Assembly: GCA_023388315.1 (NCBI GenBank) | Contig: JAEWGM010000044.1 | Location: forward strand, 46,117 to 110,116 | Source: Bacteroidota bacterium | GTDB lineage: Bacteria; Bacteroidota; Bacteroidia; Bacteroidales; Dysgonomonadaceae | Reading direction: 5' to 3' | Length of the DNA stretch: 64,000 bases | In this document: piece by piece, positions 45,696-55,990 of the stretch | Layout of the letters: every line of letters begins with the position of its first letter | How positions within the stretch are numbered: position 1 is the first letter of the stretch | Translations under genes and position numbers: made by a program | Notes under the pieces: model-generated | What the model saw: the letters and a program-made list of their open reading frames with translations, nothing else | Told to the model about the DNA's origin: nothing | The model's database searches: none

Positions 45696-46364
45696 TTACT
45701 TTAATTTAGTCAAGCGGGCAAGAAATGTGATGTTAGCCCTTACTTCGTCTCCGATTTTTACTAAAATCTCACTATCAATCGGCAGAAAAATATCCATTCG
45801 CGACCCCAGTTTAATAAACCCTAACGGTGAACCAATGGTGAGTTCTTCGCCTTCACGCACGTATGTAACAATTCTTCGTGCCACGGCGCCCGCAATTTGT
45901 TTGGTGAGAATGGTGCCGTGCTCAGGAGTTTCTATCACGATGTTGGATTGTTCGTTCTCGTGGCTGGATTTAGGAAGATACGCGGCATGAAAATTTCCTT
46001 TTACGTGCGATGAGTGAATAATTTTTCCTGTGACAGGCATCCAGTTGGAGTGGGCGTTAAAAAACGACATAAAAATGGAAACCTGAATGCGTTCCTCATT
46101 GAAGAATTTATTTTCGAATACTTTTTCAACGACCACCACTTTTCCATCGGTTGGAGAATTTACCATTCCGTGAAGTTCGCCTCCATACACACGTTCCGGG
46201 CTTCTGAAGAAATTGAGCATCAATACATACAAAACAATGGAAATGGAGAAAACCACCACCAAAAAAATAGAATTAGGCACAAAATAAAATGTGGCTAAGT
46301 TGAGTATCAATAAGATAATAAACGTATAAATGAGCGTATTTTTTCCTTCTCTATGGATTTTCAT
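45696..46364 (-). CDS. psd: phosphatidylserine decarboxylase family protein
   Basis: 222 aa. C-terminal LGFIKLGSRMDIFLP carries the G-S self-cleavage site. Confidence 0.9.
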   Translation of the reverse strand: MKIHREGKNTLIYTFIILLILNLATFYFVPNSIFLVVVFSISIVLYVLMLNFFRSPERVYGGELHGMVNSPTDGKVVVVEKVFENKFFNEERIQVSIFMSFFNAHSNWMPVTGKIIHSSHVKGNFHAAYLPKSSHENEQSNIVIETPEHGTILTKQIAGAVARRIVTYVREGEELTIGSPLGFIKLGSRMDIFLPIDSEILVKIGDEVRANITFLARLTKLK

Positions 46365-46387
46365 TTTTGCAAAAAAACGGGTGATTT

Positions 46388-46999
46388 TTAATTTATTTCA
46401 AAATGTCTTTGTTGGTAAGTAGAATCGATTTGTGCTCCCGATGGCGCGAATTGATTCAAACTGTCTGACTTGGCTTCTATTTCTTCACGATATCTCTTTG
46501 GCGCATATTCCTTCCAAATAGCTTGATTTAAATAGGGCACAATGGCGGGCACAACGGCTTCTACTCTTTCAAAGAAAAAGGATGCTTCTTTGGTTTCACG
46601 TCGGATTACCACCTCTTCTTTATCCAGCATAAGGGCTAAATTCAACAAAATACTCAGAAAAATCATCATTGTTGCTAGGGCTACAATGCTTCCCAGCAGA
46701 CGATTGATGAAACTGAGAAAAATAATTTGAATGAATTTTTGAATAATGCGCCCGATAAGGGAAATTACAATGGCGATGCCAATAAACGCGATAACATACG
46801 ACAACACGTGCGCCACATTAGGCGACAGATCAATTAAACGAGTGAGCTCGGGAAGGATTTTTTTTGCCAATTGCCCTCCAAAAATGGCGGACAACACAAT
46901 GGTTGCCAACATAACCAATTGCATGACCAATCCTTTGCGGAATCCGTTTATCATTGCAATGAGCAATAAAACGCCTATGGTGAAATCGAGCCAGTTCAT
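46388..46999 (-). CDS. cvpA: CvpA family membrane protein
   Basis: MNWLDFTIGVLLLIAMINGFRKGLV start and 4 TM helices. Confidence 0.8.
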   Translation of the reverse strand: MNWLDFTIGVLLLIAMINGFRKGLVMQLVMLATIVLSAIFGGQLAKKILPELTRLIDLSPNVAHVLSYVIAFIGIAIVISLIGRIIQKFIQIIFLSFINRLLGSIVALATMMIFLSILLNLALMLDKEEVVIRRETKEASFFFERVEAVVPAIVPYLNQAIWKEYAPKRYREEIEAKSDSLNQFAPSGAQIDSTYQQRHFEIN

Positions 47000-47007
47000 C
47001 GTGGATT

Positions 47008-47847
47008 TTACAATGTTACTTTTTGTGCCTGAATTGTTTCGTTCAAAAAAACAGACGCCATCTGTTCAAACTTATCCGGTGACTCAGTGGTGAAAAAATT
47101 CAATGTGCCGTTTTTGGTGCATTTTTCATCCATTTCGGGATGTCTTTTCAAATACTCTGCAAGGCTTTCGGCTACATATTCTCCTTGAGCGATTATTTTT
47201 ATACCGTCCGGAAGGCATTGGTTAATTTTCTCCATCAGCAACGGATAATGGGTACATCCCAAAATAATGGCATCAATATTTGCATCTTTTTGAAGCAAAC
47301 GTCCAATGTGCTGCTTTACGAAATAATCGGCGCCGGGCTTGTCGTATTCTTTGTTTTCTACTAGCGGCACCCACATTGGGCACGCTTCGCCCGACACGGT
47401 GAGCTGCGGATGAATTTTTTCGATTTCCAATTCATACGATTTAGATTGGATGGTGCCTTCCGTTCCCAAAATACCGATATGATTTGTCTTACTAAAATCG
47501 GCTGCGCGCTCCGCGGTTGGGCGAATAACGCCTAGCACGCGTTTTTCAGGATCAATTTTCGGCAAGTTTTTCTGCTGGATGCTTCGCAATGCCTTTGCCG
47601 ATGCTGTGTTGCACGCTAGAATCACCAAATGGCACCCTTGCGAAAAAAACCATTCAACGGCCTGTAGCGTAAACGCGTAAACAAGCTCGAAAGAACGGTT
47701 TCCATATGGCGCGCGCGCGTTGTCGCCCAAATAAATGTAATCGTATTGGGGCAACTGTTTTCTTATTTCAGACAATACGGTTAACCCGCCGTAGCCCGAA
47801 TCGAAAATGCCGATGGGCCCTGCTTTGGCCGCGCTTTGCTTCTTCAC
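47008..47847 (-). CDS. murI: glutamate racemase
   Basis: IGIFDSGYGGLTV, LACNTAS and GCTHYP catalytic cysteine motifs. Confidence 0.95.
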   Translation of the reverse strand: MKKQSAAKAGPIGIFDSGYGGLTVLSEIRKQLPQYDYIYLGDNARAPYGNRSFELVYAFTLQAVEWFFSQGCHLVILACNTASAKALRSIQQKNLPKIDPEKRVLGVIRPTAERAADFSKTNHIGILGTEGTIQSKSYELEIEKIHPQLTVSGEACPMWVPLVENKEYDKPGADYFVKQHIGRLLQKDANIDAIILGCTHYPLLMEKINQCLPDGIKIIAQGEYVAESLAEYLKRHPEMDEKCTKNGTLNFFTTESPDKFEQMASVFLNETIQAQKVTL

Positions 47848-47862
47848 TTCCGTTTTGGAGAG

Positions 47863-48393
47863 TTAGCGAATGCCTAATTTTTGTTTTACAAACGGGTTGG
47901 CGTCAACTGCGTTGGGGGAAACAAACGCGATGCCGGGATCGGCCATGTCGTAAATTACCGTGTAATTTCTTTCGATTCCCACCGCGTGTACTGCTTCGGA
48001 TATTCTGCTTTTGAGTGGCCCGAGCAATACTTTCTCTTGTTCTTCAATATCTTTTTGGGCGAGTTCCATAAATTGCTGAATTCGGCCTTCCAATTCGGTT
48101 AGCTCTTGCATGCGGCGCAATTTAATGTTCTCTGCCAATGAGGCTTGATACGTAATATAATCAGAATATTTTTTGTTATACTCGTTTTGCATCAGCTCCA
48201 ATTCCTTTTTGTAATTTTCACTCAATGTGAGCAATTGCTCCGTTGCCCGTTGTTTTTCGGGATAAGCGTTCAAAATATCTGTTGTGTTAACATAAGCAAC
48301 CGTTAACGGTGTTTGCATTTGAGCAAAAGCCGAAGCGCTTATCAACAAAATAAATACACTAAGACTGAAAAAGATTTTTTTTGTCATAATCAT
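47863..48393 (-). CDS. OmpH/Skp family periplasmic chaperone
   Basis: Signal peptide, then a coiled-coil rich in Q/E/K. Family-typical pattern (VAYVNTTDILNAYPE). Confidence 0.8.
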   Translation of the reverse strand: MIMTKKIFFSLSVFILLISASAFAQMQTPLTVAYVNTTDILNAYPEKQRATEQLLTLSENYKKELELMQNEYNKKYSDYITYQASLAENIKLRRMQELTELEGRIQQFMELAQKDIEEQEKVLLGPLKSRISEAVHAVGIERNYTVIYDMADPGIAFVSPNAVDANPFVKQKLGIR

Positions 48394-48438
48394 CTATTTT
48401 ATGGAATGAATAATTTCTGTTTTTTATGACCAAGCCGC

Positions 48439-48531
48439 AATTGTAATTTAATCCTGTGGGTGTGTTGGGCCGCATCCGCTTTGTAAAAAACAGATGCGGC
48501 CTCCATGTCAGGGTAGGATTAAAATTACAAT
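48439..48531. repeat. nested inverted repeat between the infB stop and the ompH start
   Basis: Outer arms AATTGTAATTTAATCCT / AGGATTAAAATTACAAT. Inner hairpin GGCCGCATC..GATGCGGCC. Confidence 0.7.
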
Positions 48532-48581
48532 GTCAACTGGTTTTTATTGGTTTATTCTTGCTCAGCCTGCAATTGATGGCT

Positions 48582-51518
48582 TTACAAGGTTTTTTTTACT
48601 TCAATTTGTTCGTAAGCTTCAATCATATCGCCCACTTTAATATCGTTAAAGTTTTTGATGCTGATACCGCACTCATACCCCACGTTTACTTCGCGAACGT
48701 CTTCCTTGAATCGTTTCAACGAATCCAGCTCGCCGGTGAACACCACAATACCATCGCGGATGAGGCGTATTTTATTGCTGCGCTTAATTTTTCCGTCTCT
48801 CACCATACAACCGGCAACGGTTCCCACTTTGGTAATTTTGAAAACATCGAGTACTTCCACGTTGGCGGTAATTTCTTCCTTGATATCGGGGGAGAGCATA
48901 CCTTCCATAGCGGCAGTAACTTCTTCAATGGCATCGTAAATGATGGAGTAGAGGCGAATGTCGATTCCTTCTTTTTCCGCTTCCTTGCGCGCTCCAAGCG
49001 ACGGACGCACCTGGAAGCCGATAATCACGGCATCTGACGCGGCTGCGAGCGTAACGTCGGATTCCGATATTTGTCCCACCGCTTTATGGATGACATTCAC
49101 TTGAATTTCTTCTGTTGAAAGTCGGATGAGCGAGTCTGAAAGCGCTTCTACTGATCCGTCAACGTCACCTTTCACAATGATGTTCAACTGTTGGAAGTTG
49201 CCGATGGCAATGCGGCGTCCGATATCGTCAAGCGTAAGCATTTTTTGCGTACGGAGCGATTGCTCGCGCTGCAATTGTTCACGTCGTGTGGCAATGGCGC
49301 GGGCTTCCTGTTCGGTTTCCATCACGTTGAATGTGTCGCCTGCTTGTGGCGCGCCGTTTAATCCCAACACCAGAGCCGGCTCCGATGGGCCCGCGTGTTC
49401 AATGCGTTGGTTGCGTTCGTTGAACATCGCTTTCACGCGGCCGAAGAACGATCCTGCCAACAGCACATCGCCTTGGTTGAGCGTTCCGTTTTCTACCAAC
49501 ACGGTGGAAATGTATCCGCGCCCTTTGTCGAGCGACGACTCAATGATAGAGCCCGTAGCATTGCGGTTGGGGTTGGCTTTCAATTCCATCAGGTCGGCTT
49601 CGAGCAATACTTTCTCGAGTAATTCCTTAATGCCGATTCCTTTTTTCGCTGAAATGTCTTGCGATTGGTACTTTCCGCCCCATTCTTCCACAAGATAATT
49701 CATTTCGGCCAATTTCTCTTTTATTTTATCGGGGTTAGCGCTGGGCTTGTCTATTTTATTGATGGCAAACACAATGGGAACGCCCGCGGCACCGGCGTGG
49801 TTAATGGCTTCCACGGTTTGGGGCATCACGCTGTCATCGGCAGCCACAATAATAATGGCCACGTCAGTTACTTGCGCTCCGCGCGCACGCATAGCGGTAA
49901 ACGCTTCGTGGCCGGGTGTATCTAAAAACGTAATTTTACGTCCGTCGGCAAGTTGCACGTTGTATGCGCCAATGTGTTGTGTGATTCCTCCGGCTTCGCC
50001 TGCAATTACGTTGGTGTCGCGAATGCTGTCCAAAAGCGATGTTTTACCGTGGTCAACGTGGCCCATAACTGTAACAATGGGCGAGCGTGGTTTCAAATCC
50101 TCCGGTTTGTCTTCTTCATCGGCAATGGCTTCGATTACGTCGGCACTCACATACTTGGTTTTAAAGCCGTATTCATCCGCTACAATGTTGATGGTTTCGG
50201 CATCCAAGCGTTGGTTGATGGCCACCATCACGCCCAAACTCATACAAGTGGAAATAACGCTGGTTACGGGAACGTCCATCATATTGGCAAGGTCGTTTGC
50301 CGTAACAAACTCCGTGAGCTGCAATATGCGGCTTTCCTTTTCTTGCTGTTTAATTTCTTGTTGCTGGCGTTGAGCGCTGGCTTCGCGTTTTTCGCGACGA
50401 TATCTTGCGCCGCCTCTTCCACCTCTTTTCTCGGTAAGGCGCGCCAGCGTTTCTTTAATTTGCTTTTGTACATCCTCGTCGCTTACTTCCGATTTTATCG
50501 GTTTTTTAAGCGATGGCCTTCTGTCAGATCGTTGTGTGCCGTAGGTTCCGGGTTTGTCTATATTTACTTTTCCTGTGCGGATGCGTCTGCGTTTCTTTTT
50601 CTTGCTGTCTTCTTCCGATTCTTTGTGAGCCGCTTTTTTCTTTTCTTCTATGCTGTCTTTTTTGAGAAGTTTAATTTTTTCTTCTTTCAGTTTTTTGCTA
50701 TCAAGTGCTTGTTGTTCACGTTCCAATCGCTCTTTTTTGCGTTGCGCTTTGGACTTTCTGGCCGGCCGCGTACGGTCGTTAATGGTGGCTAAGTCGATGG
50801 AGCCTTTCACCACGATGTTTGGTTCCGGAATGTTCGTGTGAATTCTGAACACTTCATCATCCGATGCTTCGTCTTCCGATTTTTCGTCATCGTCGACACT
50901 TTCGGCTTCCTCTTCTTTTTCTTTTTCGGAAACGTCATCGCTTTCCAGCGGTTGTGCTGATTCTTCTTGTTCGGGCTCTACTTTTTCGGGTTCTTTCGTG
51001 GGTTCTTCTTCCGCGCGAATTTCTGTTGAAGCGGGCTCTTTTTCTGGCTCAACTGTTTCTTTCGCTTGGGGAGTTTCTATAATTTCGGGAGCGGTTTCCT
51101 CTTCTTTCACCGATTCTTCCACAGGTTGTGGCTTTTCGGTTTTTCTTTTGTTGAGGTTGTCCAAATCGATGTTGCCCACCACATTAAATTGCGGCTTCAA
51201 CTCTTTGGGAACTTCCGTTTTAATAACTTCTTTTTCCGCTTTTTTGCGAGGTTCTTTTTCCGAAGGAAGTTCGTACCCTTCAATAGCCACCGTTTCTCTT
51301 TTTTCTTCTCTGCGTTGCAGCTTTTCGCGCGTTTGGATGGCTTCGCGCTTAATGTTTTTGTCTTTGCCGAATTCGGCTATAAGCAAATCATACTGTTCAT
51401 CCTCAATTTTAGCATTAGGATTTGCTTCTACTTCAATACCTTTTTTGTGTAGGAATTCAACCAAGCTGTTGATTCCTACATTCAAATTTTTGGATACTTT
51501 AATTAATCTTATAGGCAT
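48582..51518 (-). CDS. infB: translation initiation factor IF-2
   Basis: 978 aa. K/E-rich N-terminal region, then the G-domain [16 protein letters not shown] .. DTPGH .. NKID. Confidence 0.95.
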   Translation of the reverse strand: MPIRLIKVSKNLNVGINSLVEFLHKKGIEVEANPNAKIEDEQYDLLIAEFGKDKNIKREAIQTREKLQRREEKRETVAIEGYELPSEKEPRKKAEKEVIKTEVPKELKPQFNVVGNIDLDNLNKRKTEKPQPVEESVKEEETAPEIIETPQAKETVEPEKEPASTEIRAEEEPTKEPEKVEPEQEESAQPLESDDVSEKEKEEEAESVDDDEKSEDEASDDEVFRIHTNIPEPNIVVKGSIDLATINDRTRPARKSKAQRKKERLEREQQALDSKKLKEEKIKLLKKDSIEEKKKAAHKESEEDSKKKKRRRIRTGKVNIDKPGTYGTQRSDRRPSLKKPIKSEVSDEDVQKQIKETLARLTEKRGGRGGARYRREKREASAQRQQQEIKQQEKESRILQLTEFVTANDLANMMDVPVTSVISTCMSLGVMVAINQRLDAETINIVADEYGFKTKYVSADVIEAIADEEDKPEDLKPRSPIVTVMGHVDHGKTSLLDSIRDTNVIAGEAGGITQHIGAYNVQLADGRKITFLDTPGHEAFTAMRARGAQVTDVAIIIVAADDSVMPQTVEAINHAGAAGVPIVFAINKIDKPSANPDKIKEKLAEMNYLVEEWGGKYQSQDISAKKGIGIKELLEKVLLEADLMELKANPNRNATGSIIESSLDKGRGYISTVLVENGTLNQGDVLLAGSFFGRVKAMFNERNQRIEHAGPSEPALVLGLNGAPQAGDTFNVMETEQEARAIATRREQLQREQSLRTQKMLTLDDIGRRIAIGNFQQLNIIVKGDVDGSVEALSDSLIRLSTEEIQVNVIHKAVGQISESDVTLAAASDAVIIGFQVRPSLGARKEAEKEGIDIRLYSIIYDAIEEVTAAMEGMLSPDIKEEITANVEVLDVFKITKVGTVAGCMVRDGKIKRSNKIRLIRDGIVVFTGELDSLKRFKEDVREVNVGYECGISIKNFNDIKVGDMIEAYEQIEVKKTL

Positions 51519-51604
51519 ATATTTCCTTTATCCTTTTCTCTCTTTTTTAGTGTGTAACAGTATGTTGTATTGTCTTTCTTTTTATTGATAGCCGGCGCGT
51601 TGTC

Positions 51605-52876
51605 CTATTCGTCAAAATCATCGTCGTCTTCAAACTCGTAACGAAGTACCGCCAGTAATTCATCCACGGTGACTTCTTCCAAATCGGCTTCTTTAATCAG
51701 TTTTTCTCTGTCCATAGCCAACACGTTTTTGGCGGTGGAGCAACCAATTTTCTTGAGTTGATCGATTACCCAACCGTCAATTTCATCGCGGAATTCATCG
51801 AGATAAATGTCTTCTTCGTCCATTTCGTCAATGTCGCGGAACACCTCAATGTTGTAGCCGGTGAGCATAGAAGCCAATTTGATGTTGGCGCCCCCCTTAC
51901 CGATGGCTAAAGAAACCTCTTCGGGATTCAAAAACACTTCGGCGCGGTGTTCTTCTTCTTTTATGGTGATGGAGTTGATTCTTGCCGGGCTGAGCGCACG
52001 CTGGATGAAAAGCGTGGTGTTGTTGGTGAAGTTGATCACGTCGATATTCTCGTTGCGCAGTTCGCGCACAATGCCGTGTATGCGGAAACCTTTCATTCCC
52101 ACGCAAGCGCCCACGGGGTCTATGCGGTCGTCGTAAGCCTCCACGGCTACTTTGGCGCGTTCGCCGGGGATGCGGGCAATTCCTTTAATGGTGATGAGCC
52201 CATCGGCAATTTCGGGAATTTCCTGTTCAAAAAGCCTTTCGAGGAAAACGGGCGATGTGCGCGACAAAATAATCTTGGGATTGTTGTTTTTGTTTTCCAC
52301 ACGGGCCACCACAGCGCGCGCGTGTTCTCCTTTGCGGAAGAAATCGCTGGGAATTTGTTCTGTTTTGGGCAAAATAAGCTCGTTGTGCTCGTCATCTAAC
52401 AACAGCAATTCTTTTTTCCACACCTGATATACTTCTCCCGAAACAATTTGGCCCACACGTTCTTTGTATTTGTTGTAGAGGTTGTCTTTCTCCAACTCCA
52501 AAATCTTGGATGCCAATGTTTGGCGAAGGTTCAAAATGGTGCGGCGCCCGAAGTGCTCTAAGTAAACCTCGTCGGTAACTTCTTCTCCCACTTCAAAATC
52601 GTCGTCAATTTTCAATGCTTCGGAGAGAGTAATTTCCAAATTGGGGTTTTCCAGCTCATCGTCTTCCACAATGGTGCGGTTACGCCAAATCTCCAAATCC
52701 CCTTTGTCGGGGTTGATGATGATGTCGTAATTTTCGTCCGTACCGTTGGCTTTGGCAATGACGTTGCGAAATGATTCTTCGAGCACGCTGATGAGCGTTG
52801 CTTTATCGATATTCTTCAGTTCGTTGAATTCCGAAAATGTATCTATCAGGCTTATGGTTTCTTTCTTTTTGCCCAT
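51605..52876 (-). CDS. nusA: transcription termination/antitermination factor NusA
   Basis: S1 domain, KH domains (PVGACVGMKGFRI) and an acidic C-terminal tail. Confidence 0.95.
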   Translation of the reverse strand: MGKKKETISLIDTFSEFNELKNIDKATLISVLEESFRNVIAKANGTDENYDIIINPDKGDLEIWRNRTIVEDDELENPNLEITLSEALKIDDDFEVGEEVTDEVYLEHFGRRTILNLRQTLASKILELEKDNLYNKYKERVGQIVSGEVYQVWKKELLLLDDEHNELILPKTEQIPSDFFRKGEHARAVVARVENKNNNPKIILSRTSPVFLERLFEQEIPEIADGLITIKGIARIPGERAKVAVEAYDDRIDPVGACVGMKGFRIHGIVRELRNENIDVINFTNNTTLFIQRALSPARINSITIKEEEHRAEVFLNPEEVSLAIGKGGANIKLASMLTGYNIEVFRDIDEMDEEDIYLDEFRDEIDGWVIDQLKKIGCSTAKNVLAMDREKLIKEADLEEVTVDELLAVLRYEFEDDDDFDE

Positions 52877-52882
52877 ATATGT

Positions 52883-53350
52883 TTATTTGAATCTTATTAG
52901 ATATTTTGTGTATTTTACGTCGTTATAATTGAAAAACAGGTCCTCTTGCACTTCGGTTTTGCGTTTAGCGCCTTCGGTTTTCACCATTTTTGTAATCGTA
53001 ACGGTGAAGCCTTCGTCGTTAGAAGATTTTAAAACGCCCGAGAGTTTTTGTCCGTTTTTGCTCAGCACTTCAATTTCTTTGCCTTCGTATTTTTTATACT
53101 GGCGCAGCGTTTTAAAAGGCGATGTGAGGCCTGCCGAAGTCACGGTGAGTTCAAAATCTTCCAAGTCGCGGTTGAATTGCGATTCAATGTGTCGGCTCAA
53201 CGCTACGCAATCGTCGATATTCACACCGTTATCGTTGTCAATTTCTACCGTCACGGCATTGTCGGTGCCTACCGAAACATCCACCAAATAATTGGAAGAA
53301 TCTTTCAGATACGCTTCAGCAATTTCGCTTACAAGGGTTTTATCCATCAT
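52883..53350 (-). CDS. rimP: ribosome maturation factor RimP
   Basis: 155 aa, directly upstream of nusA-infB. Typical ..VEIDNDNGVNIDDCVALSRHIE.. pattern. Confidence 0.85.
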   Translation of the reverse strand: MMDKTLVSEIAEAYLKDSSNYLVDVSVGTDNAVTVEIDNDNGVNIDDCVALSRHIESQFNRDLEDFELTVTSAGLTSPFKTLRQYKKYEGKEIEVLSKNGQKLSGVLKSSNDEGFTVTITKMVKTEGAKRKTEVQEDLFFNYNDVKYTKYLIRFK

Positions 53351-53412
53351 TTTTCAGTCCTATCAATGAAAAAGGAAGCGGTGTTTCCTGCTTCCTCTCC
53401 CCTTTAACGATG

Positions 53413-53420
53413 CAAAGATA
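53413..53420 (-). promoter_or_regulatory. -7 promoter box (TATCTTTG on minus strand) for rimP-nusA-infB
   Basis: CAAAGATA on the plus strand, about 63 nt upstream of the rimP ATG. Confidence 0.45.
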
Positions 53421-53487
53421 TTATTTTCAAATGGATTCACAAAATGTTTGCACTAATTTTTGATTGCTTTTTCATTTCCTCTCCCGC

Positions 53488-53575
53488 TCAATCTCCCCAT
53501 CTTTTTCAATCTTATCAATCTTCATCAATCCTCATCGATCTAATTCAATCTTAAAATCAATCTCATTCAATCTTC
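53488..53575. repeat. degenerate short tandem repeat (TCAATCT core, ~9-10 bp spacing, ~9 copies)
   Basis: CTCAATCTCC..TTCAATCTTA TCAATCTTCA TCAATCCTCA TCGATCTAAT TCAATCTTAA..TCAATCTCAT TCAATCTTCC. Overlaps the methylase stop. Confidence 0.7.
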
Positions 53576-54573
53576 CATTTCGTAAGAACATGCAAATATT
53601 CTCTGGTGGCAGTGGCTTTGTGGTTTCGGTTTTCGGTTTTATCGGCTTTGAAACGTTGATAATCGGTTGTGAATAACGTGTATTGGCCGTATCTTTCCAT
53701 AATTTCTTTGATGAGGGTGGGGGACATCAACCCTTCGTTGTTATAACTGAGAAAAATAAATTGGAAGCGCGCATTTTTGATAAGCTCCTCAAAGCTTGCT
53801 TCTACGGTGCTTTTTTTGCAATAGTCCGATCTTTGGTAATCGCGCAAACCGGTAACGCCTTTTGGTTCAAACGAATCGTATATCGCAATGGTGTTGAGTA
53901 AGTGATAATTAGCGCCATACTCGCGATGGTTGTATGGCGGGTCCAAATACAGAATGTCGCCGGTTATTTCTCGTATTAATTGGTTGCTGTCTTGGTTATA
54001 GACACGGTTGTGTTGGCTGTTTGTGCAGTCGTACGTGGCCGGTTCTATTAACAATTTCTTTTGTGCCGATTTTTTCAATTTTTTCAAAAATGCGCCATAA
54101 ACCGAGGCGGTGTTTGCTACTTTGTCGGCACTTTCCAACAACGACGCCAGCAGAAAATAATACATCGCTTCCGTTATTTCTCCTTGCTGCTTCCAGTGCC
54201 CGATTTGTTGCCTCACGGCATCTATTTTCTTTCCATTCTCTTCCGAAAAATAAAGCCTTCCGGCGCGTCCGTTTTCGGAATATTCTTCAAAAATCATTCC
54301 GCCTTTTCCTTCAAGGGCGTTCAACGCGTCTAAATATGGCTGTGTGGACATCGGGTGGTTGTTTTCGATGTAGTTTTTGTTGAGCACGTAGCTGTAATAT
54401 TCCAAGTCGTTGCTGATCACCTGCTTTACATCGGGTTTTATTTTTCTGCCCACAATGCCGGTGCCGGCGAAGAGGTCGCAAAAAACGTGTCGCGACAGGT
54501 CTTTGCCCACCACGTTGTGAATAGCCGATTGGATAAAATCGGATAGTTTATGTTTTGAGCCGATATAATTCAC
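53563..54573 (-). CDS. site-specific DNA adenine methyltransferase (D12 class, N6-adenine)
   Basis: MNYIGSKHKL start, FCDLFAGTG (motif I) followed by YLDPPYN (motif IV). Order I then IV indicates the alpha group. 336 aa. Confidence 0.85.
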   Translation of the reverse strand: MNYIGSKHKLSDFIQSAIHNVVGKDLSRHVFCDLFAGTGIVGRKIKPDVKQVISNDLEYYSYVLNKNYIENNHPMSTQPYLDALNALEGKGGMIFEEYSENGRAGRLYFSEENGKKIDAVRQQIGHWKQQGEITEAMYYFLLASLLESADKVANTASVYGAFLKKLKKSAQKKLLIEPATYDCTNSQHNRVYNQDSNQLIREITGDILYLDPPYNHREYGANYHLLNTIAIYDSFEPKGVTGLRDYQRSDYCKKSTVEASFEELIKNARFQFIFLSYNNEGLMSPTLIKEIMERYGQYTLFTTDYQRFKADKTENRNHKATATREYLHVLTKWKIE

Positions 54574-54585
54574 GCGGGAAAAATG

Positions 54586-55224
54586 TTATGATTCCACCCA
54601 CAGGATATCCGTGCACACGGTTTTTCCTTGAATGAGGAGCAAAATTAGCGCTTTTTCGTTGAACGATGAAATATAATTTCCAATCGTTTCTTTTAGGAGC
54701 GAAATCTCCGCTTTGAGTTTCCAATGTTCTCCGGTTTTATTGAACAGAACAATAAACAGCCTGTTTTCGAGGTGCTTTCTGCCTTGTTGGCTTTGGTTCT
54801 CGTATAGCCAATGTGCCAGCGAGGCGGGGTGTTGTTTGGCGTACTCTGCAGGTGTTACGACGTGGCGGCGTTGGGGCGAAAAGGCACGGGGGAAAACCGT
54901 GGTTTTATGGTCAAACGCGATACCGTTTATACGAAAATCGATGAGTTTGTGATATGGATTTAAGTTGGGTTTTACGGCGGGAAAAGAACAGAAGATTGCT
55001 TCTACCGCTTGCGCCGACCAAAAATTGTACCATCGGTTCATCGCGTAATTTTTTATGGGTGGCGGCAGAAGTTCCGTTTGCCGCAGCAACCCCTCAAACG
55101 ATGGCGTTTTGTAAATAAAGTTGGTTTGAGCGTCCCACGCGTCGGACTGCTTCCTGCCCCAAGTGTAGGGGTAGGGCCATCGTTTTTTGAGTTCTTCTTC
55201 TATGGCGTGGAGATTGAGGAGCAT
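54586..55224 (-). CDS. hypothetical protein; candidate cognate restriction endonuclease (PD-(D/E)XK-like D..DHK motif)
   Basis: 212 aa, 12 nt upstream of and co-directional with the methylase. LIDFRINGIAFDHK fits D-x8-D-x-K. No family recognised by eye. Confidence 0.4.
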   Translation of the reverse strand: MLLNLHAIEEELKKRWPYPYTWGRKQSDAWDAQTNFIYKTPSFEGLLRQTELLPPPIKNYAMNRWYNFWSAQAVEAIFCSFPAVKPNLNPYHKLIDFRINGIAFDHKTTVFPRAFSPQRRHVVTPAEYAKQHPASLAHWLYENQSQQGRKHLENRLFIVLFNKTGEHWKLKAEISLLKETIGNYISSFNEKALILLLIQGKTVCTDILWVES

Positions 55225-55269
55225 ATTGGACGTGGATTTTGGTTGGAGTTTGAGGTAGTAGTCGTTTGA

Positions 55270-55575
55270 TTACAAGTCGATTTCTAGTTGTAGCTTCCCT
55301 CCCAAACCAACTTCTACGATTTTCTGTAAAGTGGAAATTCTCACGTCTTTAATATTGTTTTCCACTTTGGATATATATCCTTTATTCGTCCCACATCTTT
55401 CGGCAAGTTGCTCTTGCGTAAGGCCTTTTTCAAGTCTTGCTTGTTGAAGTAAAAAACCAAGTTTGAATTCTTTAAATCCTTTTTCGAATTTGTCTCTTTC
55501 AGGGTTGCCTTTTTTTCCATATTCTTTGTCGATAAGCTCGTCAAGAGAAGTCATCCTTTTATTCCTTGTATTCAT
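55270..55575 (-). CDS. higA: XRE-family HTH antitoxin (HigA-like)
   Basis: LTQEQLAERCGTNKGYISKVENNIKDVRISTL is an HTH_3 motif. The gene overlaps the upstream toxin gene by 17 nt. Confidence 0.8.
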   Translation of the reverse strand: MNTRNKRMTSLDELIDKEYGKKGNPERDKFEKGFKEFKLGFLLQQARLEKGLTQEQLAERCGTNKGYISKVENNIKDVRISTLQKIVEVGLGGKLQLEIDL

Positions 55576-55909
55576 TTTCGTATTCTTTTTTTATTTTAAT
55601 TGCCTTTTCAATTTCTCTTTTTGGTGTTTTCTGTGTTTTCTTCTGGAACCCATGGGTTAAAACAATCAGTTTGCCTTTATCGAAAAAACAGAAAACTCTA
55701 AAAATATCACTTCCATGTTTAATTCTTATTTCGTAAAGTGCGTCAGTTCCTTCTAAATACTTAAAATATTCAGTTAGAATTTTTTCAACAGTTTCAATCA
55801 CTTTAAAAGTCCACAAAAATTTCTCCTTTACTTTTGGCTTTTGTTTATTATAAAAGTCCAAAAAGTAGTTCTTATAAATGAAAATATGCCTGACTTTGTT
55901 ATTTCTCAT
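55559..55909 (-). CDS. higB: RelE/ParE superfamily toxin (HigB / phage Gp49-like)
   Basis: FIYKNYFLDFYNKQ .. ALYEIRIKHGSDIFRVFCFFDKGKLIVLTHGFQKKTQKTPKREIEKA is typical of Gp49/HigB toxins. Toxin-first gene order. Confidence 0.8.
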   Translation of the reverse strand: MRNNKVRHIFIYKNYFLDFYNKQKPKVKEKFLWTFKVIETVEKILTEYFKYLEGTDALYEIRIKHGSDIFRVFCFFDKGKLIVLTHGFQKKTQKTPKREIEKAIKIKKEYENEYKE

Positions 55910-55990
55910 TTCAGCAACAAATATACGAAAAAAGTTATCCTAATGGACAACTTTTATGAAATAATTAAAGAATTCTCAATTTTAATCTTA

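Noticed and set aside
50400-51300. Highly repetitive K/E/R-rich coding stretch
   Set aside because: This is the normal low-complexity N-terminal region of IF-2, not an inserted repeat or separate gene.
53488-53575. Short-period repeats (this tract and the heptad tracts) as a possible CRISPR array
   Set aside because: The units are 7-10 bp and degenerate with no spacers, there is no 25-40 bp repeat/spacer periodicity, and there are no cas genes.
53563-55224. Assigning the R-M pair to a named specificity (for example NlaIII/CATG or Dam/GATC)
   Set aside because: The YIGSK..DPPY methylase family spans many specificities and the 212-aa partner matches nothing I can recall reliably. Any named site would be a guess.
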